Below are positions 54,191 to 64,000 of a stretch of 64,000 nt of DNA, piece after piece. Both the position numbers and the translations under genes were made by a program. The notes under the pieces are model-generated. The model saw only the letters and a list, made by a program, of their open reading frames with translations. It ran no database searches and was not told the origin of the DNA. Position 1 is the stretch's first letter; the number at the start of each line of letters is the position of its first letter. This DNA comes from Eledone cirrhosa (lineage: Eukaryota): the NCBI GenBank assembly GCA_964016885.1, contig OZ024743.1, forward strand, positions 95,356,001-95,420,000. The letters run 5' to 3'.

Positions 54191-54360
54191 TCTGTCTACC
54201 TGTCTCTCTATCTACCTGTCTCTCTATCTACCTGTCTCTCTATCTGCCTTTCTCTCTATCTGTCTGTCTCTCTATCTACCTGTCTCTCTATCTACCTGTC
54301 TCTCTATCTGCCTTTATCTCTATCTACCTGTCTCTCTATCTACCTGTCTGTCTCTCTCTA
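54190..54360. repeat. 16-bp repeat (CTATCTACCTGTCTCT)n
   Basis: Direct periodicity. Confidence 0.85.
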
Positions 54361-56165
54361 TATATATCTTTCTACCTTTCCTATTTTACAGTTACATTAA
54401 TCTTTTTTTCCCTCTACCTCGCTCACACACAGAACGCCCCACTCTCTCTCTCTCTCTCTCTCTTTCCACCTCTCTAGACCCCTCTCTCTCTAGCTCACTC
54501 TCTCCTACTTCATTGTTTTCTCTCGTTGCCTCTCCTTTCCATTTATCCACCCCCTCCTCCTGTTTAACACACCTGCTCCACCTATATGTTCACATCTGAT
54601 TCTTTATTTCCAGCTAATTACAACTGTGAAATATTTTATTATATTTTTAATATTCATAATTTTCTTTATCTCTTCCTACGCCTTTCTATTCCTTCCTTCT
54701 CTATCTCTTCCTACGCCTTTCTATTCCTTCCTTCTCTATCTCTTCCTTTAAATATCACCTCACTAAATTGATAATTATAATTATAATTGTCTATTATTCT
54801 CATATGTATACCTTCCCATACTTCTCTATATAGTCATAAAAACGTTCTTGAAACTGTTCTTTAGTAATAACAAGACGCTTCATTCCTTATTTTCTTCCTT
54901 CAACTTTCTCCACCCACATCAATTGTACAAGTTCACTTGTCAATGTTAACTTAGGCGTACATAGAGATGACAAAATACAAACCTGACTACTGATGGATTC
55001 ACTTCTCAGCAGCCATTTTAGATATTCAATGTATAACCTTTTATAAAACTTAATGAAGGAAATGTATTGTTAATGCATTCTGCTAACTAAGGATTCAGTT
55101 TGTAACGTCAAGCCTCTTTTACTAAGAAATTGATTTCAGAAGCAGCTAAGATTTATAGTACAGTAATATATGTTCAATAAATAAATATTTCAAATATTTC
55201 ATTTCAGATGTTTTGTTAAATATACATACATATATATGTTGTATATAATAGATTACTAATTAGATTTATAGTCTTTCTGCATTTCCGCCTGCAAATTTAA
55301 TTTGAAAACATTCAAGTTCATTAACTCTACTTGAATGTGTGAGTGTGTGTGAGAGAGAGACAGAGAGAGAGTGTGTATGTGTGTGAGAGAGACAGAGAGA
55401 GAGTGTGTATGTGTGTGAGAGAGGCAGAGATAGAGAGAGTGTGTGTGTACGTGTGTGTGTGAGAGAGACAGAGAGAGAGAGAGAGTGTGTGTGTGAATGA
55501 AAGAGGGAGAGAGAGCGTGTGTATGTAAGTGTGTGTACGTACGTGTGTTAGTGTGTGTGAGTGTGTGTGAGAGAGACAGAGAGAGAGTGTGCATGTGAAT
55601 GTGTGTGAGAGAGAGAGAGAGAGAGAGCGTGTGTATGTGAGTGTGTGTATGTACGTGTGTTTGTGTGTCTGTGTACTGGAGAAGACTCTATTTTCCAAGC
55701 AAGTTTGCTAGAATTTGTCAGTTAATAATTGGCTCTTTAAACATTACTGATACATGTATCATACAATTATATAAAACCAATAAATGGGAAATCTTTAATT
55801 GCTAACATATCTTACTGTTTCATTTTTACATGTTATTGTGTAACAATTTATATTTTTTATTTTCAATAATCTACTCTAAGATTATCTGATGTATTTGATG
55901 AAAAATATTACGACAAAATACTGTATTGAGATTCTGTAAATATCTTCAGGGTGTATGTATGTTATATTTACTGTTTCTTTTTCTCTGAGTTGTCCTGTCT
56001 TCAAATAGTATAGTATATTTATATATTATATAATTAAACATCCTTCGTAGGGAATGAAAATGTCAACATGTTTTAATATCAGCTGATGTCACCGTATATT
56101 AAATATACTTTTCAAAAGTAGAGTTGAGATGGAGAGTCTGTGGTTTTTCTCACACACACATACAG

Positions 56166-56233
<68 letters not shown>

Positions 56234-56247
56234 ATAATAATATATTT

Positions 56248-58052
56248 GAAGACTAAAATCCAAAGAGAGCTCGATAAGGATAAATATATAGCAAATATAT
56301 AAGAACCGTAGAGCAAATATTTATTAAAATAACAGATTAAAGTTTAAGCAAAGAATCGCTGCTTTCACCCTTAACGGGATCTTCTGAAACTAACAAAGTC
56401 AATCTGTGAACGCGGAAGTGAATATTTCAAAAAACGTTGCAACCAGAGGAAGACAGGAAGACGATACTTGGGTTCATGGAAACGTTCCCTGGTAAAATCG
56501 GGTTGACTGGCCCCTATCCGGGAAATGCCTCTCTAGTAACATTGTCTACAAATGTAAGGTTGAAACACCCACGTCCCGTAGGGCCTACATAGGGTTAACC
56601 GCCAATAGATTCAAGCAGCGTCTTTACATGCATACCCATTCTTTTCGCTACCCTTTAAGAAGGAATATGACGTCACTTTCAGCTTATATCTGGAGTCTAA
56701 AAGACAATCATACCCAATATAAGTTACACTGGGAGATCCTAGCTAGGGCTAGATCGTATAACGGAAATAAAAGACCATGTGACCTCTGCGCCGCTGAGGC
56801 TCTGGAAATACTCTACGCCAAAGACCACATCTTAAACAAACATCTGAGGCATTTTCGGCTTGTAAACATAAATTGCACAAAACTTTCCTGTATTATATCC
56901 CCACATTATACCCTAACGGATAGTACGAACTATACGCGGATATTTTACGTCTTGATGCGGTAGCTAAGTATATGTTATGTTTATACCATTACTTATTTGT
57001 ATAGGTAAGTATATATTACCTGTATATTTTGTGAAGGTACGTATACTTCCTCGTACGTATATTTGATTGTATGTGTTTTGGCGTATATATTATATATTCT
57101 GGTACATATGCTTTTGGTTATGTGTATACGTGAGTTTTGCGTCTGTGTGAGTATGCGGGTTCGTACGTATGTAGGGTGTGTGTATATGTGTACTTCGTGT
57201 TTTGGTTGACGTTGTCTCCGAACATATGTGTATTTACATGTAGGTATGTGTGTACGCTTATTATATACGTATTTATTTATTTATTTATATACGTTTATTT
57301 AATTATATGTATACACGCACACACACACACATATATATATATTAATATATATATTTTTATATATAATTTTATGTCTATTTGGTGTATACATTCGTATGCG
57401 CGCGGGTACAGGCGTTGCGTGGGTTCTGTATGTGCGTGCGGGTTTTTTGGGGGTTTTTTGTGTACGTGCGTGTATTTGTATACCTATGGCGAGTGTTTTC
57501 CCGTATGCTTTTGTATGTACGTATATGGATGCGTGTATGTATTTACTTAATTTCGATTGTCTCTGTATTTTATTTACTTTATTCTGAACTCTGAAGCCGA
57601 GAATCATTCGGTTTCCTAGTTAGAATTTTAGTCTACGACTTTAGTTATACCATTTACGTGGTTTTGTCTTTGCGTGCTATTGTTCTCCCCGCTCTACATA
57701 TGACGTATTATCTTCGTTTTTTCCGTTCATTGCCAGAGAACGTCTCTATGAACCACCTAATAGAATATTAGTCTACGACATTTTTTATACCATAAACGTG
57801 GTTTTGTCTTTGCGTGTAATTGTTTTTCACCGCTCCAATTAATGACGTATTATATTCGTTTTTTCCCGTTCTTTAGCAGGGAACGTTTCCACGAACCAAA
57901 GTATCGTCTTCCTGTCTTCCTCCGGTTGCAACGATTTTTGAAATATTCACTTCTGCGTTCACAGATTGACTTTGTTAGTTTCAGAAGATCCCGTTTAAGG
58001 GTGAAAGCAGCGATTCTTTGCTTAAACTTTAATCTGTCATTTTAATAAATAT
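56248..58052 (+). mobile_element. 5'-truncated Naiad-type PLE: inverted pLTR + GIY-YIG + 3' UTR with ~140-bp tandem repeat, between (TA)n tracts
   Basis: PLSGKCLSSNIVYKC...AYIGLTANRFKQR..HTHSF...SLSAYIWSLK...CDLC...ILNK; about 56315-56490 is the reverse complement of about 57875-58052; repeats at 57620 and 57760. Confidence 0.88.
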
Positions 58053-58064
58053 ATATATATATAT

Positions 58065-58653
58065 ATACGATATTAACAAATGGAAACTATATTTATAAAA
58101 CCATATCTATTTTATTATACATATTTCATTTTTTTTCTTCTTTTTCTTTTCTTTTTCTTTTTCTTATTCTTATTCTTATTCTTATTCTTATTCTTATTCT
58201 TTTTCTTATTCTTATTCTTTTTCTTTTTCTTTTTCTTTTTCTTTTTCTTTTTCTTTTTCTTTTTCTTTTTCTTTCTTTATCTCTCCCTTTCTTTCTCCAC
58301 TTTTCTCTTTCTCGGTTTTTCTCTCTCTCCGTCTTTTTCCTTCTCCTTAACACAACGACTTACTAAGATAAACAAATCTACTATCCCTGATGTCTTCCAA
58401 AAGTAATGGTCGCATTTTGAAAGGGTATGTCAATATTTATTTATAAAACTGGTATATATTGTATTTTGTCTGATGAAAGCATACCATAATTTAACATGGT
58501 ATCCTTGAAATATGTATAATAACATAGATATGGTTTTATAAATATAGTTTCCATTTGTTAATATCGTATATTTACTCCAAATACTTGTCGAGTGCTTTAT
58601 ATCAGTTATAAAAATATTTGCTTGTTGTATCCCAACAATTTAAATAGAACTTT

Positions 58654-58697
<44 letters not shown>

Positions 58698-58764
58698 GAT
58701 GGATTCAGTTTGAAACTGGTTAGACCATTACTCAACAGAGTATTCGATACTTGGGGGTAGTAGA

Positions 58765-58845
<81 letters not shown>

Positions 58846-59397
58846 TAACAGTTTCAGAAAATCCCATTAAGAGTAAAAGCAGCGATCCTTTGCTTAAACT
58901 TTAATCTGTTATTTTAATAAAATATTTGCTCTACGGTTCTTATATATTTGATATATATTTATCCTTATCGAACCCTCTTTGTATTTTAGTCAGAATGTGT
59001 GCCAAACGAATTTCGACATTCAACAACTAAACAACCATCCGATTACTAAAATTATCAACGGGAAATTATAAGAATTTGAAGTGAAACTCAACTGATGTGT
59101 GGATATTTATTGACTATTGGCAGCATGACCCTCCCAATGTGTAACAATGTATATATATATATATCTATATATATCTATATATATATATATTGATATACAT
59201 CAGCTGAGTTTCACTATCCGGATGGCTTCCAAAAACAATGGTTGCATTTTAAAACGGTACGTCAAAGCTTATTTGTAAAACTGTTATATATTGTATTTTG
59301 TCTGATGAAGGCATACCATAATTTAATTTGGTATCCCTGAAATATGTATAATGAAATAGATATGGTTTTATAAATATAGTTTCCATTTATTAATATC

Positions 59398-59400
<3 letters not shown>
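58065..59400 (+). mobile_element. PLE-type pLTR family: direct repeats (about 58400-58570, 59230-59400), each with a hammerhead (58466-58522, 59298-59354), plus an inverted piece at 58065-58110
   Basis: TTGT-CTGATGA-ARGCATACCA...TGGTATCCYT-GAAA-TATGTA-TA-AT; ATACGATATTAACAAATGGAAACTATATTTATAAAACCATATCTA mirrors 58525-58570. Confidence 0.8.
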
Positions 59401-59454
<54 letters not shown>

Positions 59455-59489
59455 TGTATTGAACAATGACAATAAAACAAAACTGAAAG

Positions 59490-59780
59490 ATGGGTTCTTA
59501 AATAGTTTATAGTTTTGCGATCGTTTCAGAGGGTTGATTGGTCATGGTTAATCAATACATTGACTAATAGTTAGTAGTTGTGTCACTACATATTTCTAGT
59601 TTCTATATCCTTGATCCATCTTAACGTGTTCATCAGAAACAGGCTATCGAAACAATATGTTGAGACTAGAAATAGGTGGTGACATAACCACTACCTATTA
59701 GTCAATATATTGATTTACCATGATCAATCAACCCTGTGAAACTATTGTAAAACAATGAACTAATTAGGATTTTATCTTCG
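59490..59780. repeat. Imperfect foldback between TA/CA tracts, with a degenerate long-stem hammerhead on the minus strand
   Basis: GGGTTGATTGGTCATGGTTAATCAATACATTGACTAATAG mirrors CTATTAGTCAATATATTGATTTACCATGATCAATCAACCC. Confidence 0.75.
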
Positions 59781-59912
59781 ACTTTTGTTTTATTATCATT
59801 GTTCAATATACCGACATACATATATATAAATACACACACACACACACACGCGCACACACGCACACACACGCATACACACACACATACATACGCACACACT
59901 CACACACACACG

Positions 59913-59948
<36 letters not shown>

Positions 59949-60327
59949 AATATATATACTTCTTAAGCTACTTTTCCTACAAAAACCTATATTATCGATT
60001 TACTACACTGTCCTTATTTGTAACATTGCTGCCTGTAAATATAATTATAATTATGCAGCATTGAATTGCTTGTTAGGAAGGTTACGTTTAATTATACAAC
60101 AACATAAGTAATAATTAAATGTTATTGACTTTTATCTGATATTATTCATTGAGGTAATCCACTATCAATTTCAAACCTTCTCTTTCTTTTTATGAATGTC
60201 TTTAAAGAAAAATGTTCGCTGTTCGTCGTCACATTTGCTAAGTCTTAACTTCAATTTCATACATTTTTGAGCCTTCACTATAGAAGTTATCTACCATAGA
60301 TAATATTCACAAAATATTTATATTGAT

Positions 60328-60512
60328 AATTGTTTCTACGTTTGGCACAAGGCCAGCAATTACCCAGTGCATTACTGGTACTTTATTTATCGACCCCGTA
60401 AGGATGAAAGACAAAGTTAACCTTGGCGGGATTTGAACACAGAATGGCAAGGGCCGTAATTCTATGCATCAAAGCATGCCGTCCGACCCTCTACCGATAC
60501 TGCCAATCCACT
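60328..60512 (-). mobile_element. Young SINE family B
   Basis: Near-identical to 25654-25843. Confidence 0.9.
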
Positions 60513-61016
60513 GATAATAGGCAACAGAACCGAGGCACTTATAACGACTACGAAGATCTTTTAACATTCGAATCATAAATTAGCAGATATATGAGTGTCA
60601 TATTGTGTATCGGAGAAAGCAATTGTATACGTAAATATGATCTTTTATGTGTTTGTTGTGTCCCCCATTGGCGATTTGACTGTTGTAGCAACATTGTACC
60701 ACTACAAGGCTTTTCATATACGAGTGATAGGACGATAAAAACTTCTAGTAAATAGACGCTGACATGGCCGTGTGGGTAAACCGTTTTATATGCAAAGGAT
60801 TCAGAATTGCTCCCACGACTAGATACCAATGCTTTGTGAATGAAATTAAATAGAGAGAAAGTGTGCAGGAGCAGATATAAATATAATTTTATATATATTC
60901 ATTTTTAGGAAATGTAGGAATCCCAACTATAACAACACTTGATTTCTATATAGCTTAAAGAATCGCGTAAAATACTCCTCTGGGCGGAAAAAAAGTTGTC
61001 AGCATACATACATAAT

Positions 61017-61755
61017 ACATGGTGGCTGCCAACTCGTTTTCGAGTACGGCCACTACTTTATATCCATGTAGGAGAACCCCTACCGATGCGCTGAACGAAT
61101 GTGACTTTAGTCCAGCCAGCGACTTGAAAACTCTGGTACAAAGACTACACTTGTGACCATTATTGACACATAGTGCAGGGCCCATGGTACCATGTGATGA
61201 CAAGTGCAGAGAGATCTCCAGATATAAAGCAATGCCTGTGCTGTGAAGCTTTTATAGTGAGCAAAGGCACTGCACAAAGCCAGTCCCACTCTCTTAACCA
61301 AGATGATATTTACCAAAAAGAAGAACAGGTCAACATCATTGGATACCATCAGGGTTGCAGGTGTTATATCAGAGTTTTCCTTCTCCTAGAATTCTGCCTT
61401 GACAAAGGCTAAGGGGTCATCTCTCGTATTAGGATTTTATAATACATACATACATACATACATACATACATACATACATACATACATACATGCATGGTGG
61501 GTGCCAACTCGTTTTCGAGTACGGCCACTACTTTATATCCATGTAGGAGAACCCCTACCGATGCGCTGAACGAGTGTGACTTTTTAGTCCAGCCAGCGAC
61601 TTGAAAACTCTGGTACAAAGACTACACTTGTGACAATTATTGACACATAGTGCTGGGCCCATGGTACCAATGCCTGTGCCGTGAAGCTTTTATAGTGAGC
61701 AAAGGCACTGCACAAAGCCAGTCCCACTATCTTAACCAAGATGATATTTACCAAA
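61017..61755 (-). mobile_element. Two 5'-truncated RTE-derived elements (61017-61425, 61494-61755) separated by (CATA)n
   Basis: Reverse complements of parts of 15218-15624. Confidence 0.82.
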
Positions 61756-61906
61756 TACATACATACATACATAGGCGGTTAGCCTGTCAACAACTGGCTC
61801 ACATGATCGCATTCGTGTCAAAAACATTTTTCACTGTATTTTCTCTTTATAGCCCCTTGGAATTTGTTTACCATTCTTCCTTTATTATATAACTATTATG
61901 CAACAT

Positions 61907-61964
61907 ACACCTGATGATGTCACCTGGAGCCTACGTAACCTGGCCACTAAAATGTACATAGTGT
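61907..61964 (+). ncRNA. Degenerate hammerhead motif (GAAA mutated to AAAA)
   Basis: ACAC-CTGATGA-T...T-AAAA-TGTACA-TA-GTGT. Confidence 0.5.
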
Positions 61965-62204
61965 TTGAAGAAATAAACATTTGAAGGCCCCTATCATTAA
62001 ATCACATTTGAAGGAAGTTCACCTGTCCGGCTTCCTGTCGGTTTGACAGTGATTAAAATGTTGATAAGAAAAATTAGGTAAAATATAAAGTTGTTATTAC
62101 AAATACTATTTGTTGTTGAAACATCATATTATGTTTGTGGCAAATTACTGTCCTTTGAAAAAAGAACAATGATTTCCTGCCTTTTCAAAGATGTAATGCA
62201 ATAA

Positions 62205-62275
<71 letters not shown>

Positions 62276-62325
62276 CTGTGTGCGTGTGTGCGCGTGCGTG
62301 TGTCTGTATGTGTGTGTGTGTGTGT

Positions 62326-62364
<39 letters not shown>

Positions 62365-62408
62365 TGTGTATGTGTCTCTGTGTGTGTGTGTCTGTCTGTC
62401 TGGCTGTG

Positions 62409-62465
<57 letters not shown>

Positions 62466-63522
62466 CGTGTCTGTGTGCGTGTGTGTGTCTGTGTGCGTGT
62501 GTGCGCGTGCGTGTGTCTGTATGTGTGTGTGTGTGTGTCTGTGTGTGTGGGGGGGGGTATGTGTCTGTGTGTGTGTGTGTCTGTCTGTCTGGCTGTGTGT
62601 GTGTGTGTGTGTGTGTGTGTGACTATATGTGAAAGTCATAACGTCGAGAGCTTGAAACTCCTAGCTGTGTATTTATTTTACGTTGTTCCAATCGACCCGG
62701 ATGAAGAAAATGCGTTGTGTCAAGTTGTGTCTTGTGTCTTTACCTTTCTGTTGGACAACATCGATGGCGGGGAGTGAACTCCTGGCATATGGTTGTGATT
62801 ACTAGTCTTCCACAAAACACCTTGCTCAGACTTCCACCTGGAGATGAATTTTCCAGGTGCAAGCAATTTCTCAGACAAGATTCTATTGAAGCTTCATAAC
62901 TGTGAAAACGCCCTAACATATGAAAACATGTGTCTTTTGGTTTCATATTTCTTCGCAGACCGAAAAGGATACGATTCCAGTTTCGAATCTAGTTTCATTT
63001 TTCTCAGTGAACATTTCCATATATGTTTCCTTCAACAGAGAAATATGCAGGCAAATATTTATATATATAAACAAAAGTGACATTACGTTTGAACAAATTG
63101 TATATTATTAGTTCTTGTGCTTCTCAACTGGGTACTAAGTATTAAAAATATGTGAATTGGATTATACGTATGTGAAGTAAAAGGTATAGCAATGTGATAA
63201 AGATGTTCACTTCGCAGCTATGTTATTTCAAGTTCGGTATCACTGTGCGGAGCTGTCCGCAAATGAGTTCTATTAAAACGTTGGTGAGATCAATAGCTTG
63301 CGAGTGAAAGTTTGCTAGATGGAAATACATATGTTCTCGTGTGGTGGGGGCGGTTGTCCATACAGTTGTAAAATCACGTCTGGTTGACACCCGTTAGTCC
63401 AAACTTTAATTTAGCCACTTGATGAATAATGTTCAGTAAATACTGAGGTCGAAATAATCGACTAAAACTTTTACAGACAGTACTTCCACGTAGTTGTTGT
63501 CCACTGAAATCATTACAGAAAA

Positions 63523-63652
<130 letters not shown>

Positions 63653-63761
63653 TATACATATATATATATGTATGTAAAAGGTAAACAGAAATAACAACAC
63701 AATCAGTAGAGTATATGGAAGGAATATATTAGGTTAACGATTGATATAGCAGGAAGAGGGT

Positions 63762-63797
63762 CTTAACGTTTCGGAGGCTAGTCCTTCATCAGAAGAA
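63762..63797 (-). ncRNA. Minimal hammerhead ribozyme motif (family of 7.2 kb and 45.4 kb)
   Basis: Reverse: TCTT-CTGATGA-AGGA(CTAGCC)TCC-GAAACGTTA-AGA. Confidence 0.65.
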
Positions 63798-64000
63798 AGA
63801 ATGAGAAATAAGATAGATTGACGGGATGGGCGGGTTGGAATTGGGTAGCGCTTTTGTTCCATGTATGAACCTAAATAAATAATATAATATATCAGCTCTC
63901 TTCCCGATTGAACATTGTTATCCTTTTTCTCTTTTCACACCTACGGATATTTCTACATATACATACATACATACATACATACATACATACATACATACAT

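Overview
Eukaryotic, AT-rich, repeat-dominated DNA with no confidently identifiable host gene. The repeat families resemble those I recall from octopus (coleoid cephalopod) genomes; this is inference, not a database result. Contents: decayed Penelope-like elements (PLEs; two Naiad-type and one other clade, with RT and GIY-YIG domains); decayed Tx1/L1-clade LINEs; R4/Dong-like (restriction-like endonuclease) LINE fragments in (CATA)n arrays; non-autonomous RTE-derived elements; about 25 tRNA-derived SINE copies, several with clear target-site duplications; two SINE-born minisatellites (48 bp and 16 bp units); and many microsatellites. Most ORFs in the supplied track are microsatellite artefacts. 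The most striking feature is about 20 minimal type-I hammerhead ribozyme motifs with palindromic stem III, mostly in small islands inside or beside (TA)n tracts. Two loci are palindromes carrying hammerheads on both strands. The nested palindrome at about 39.1-40.0 kb has four hammerheads and could release a rod-like ~580-nt RNA from either strand.
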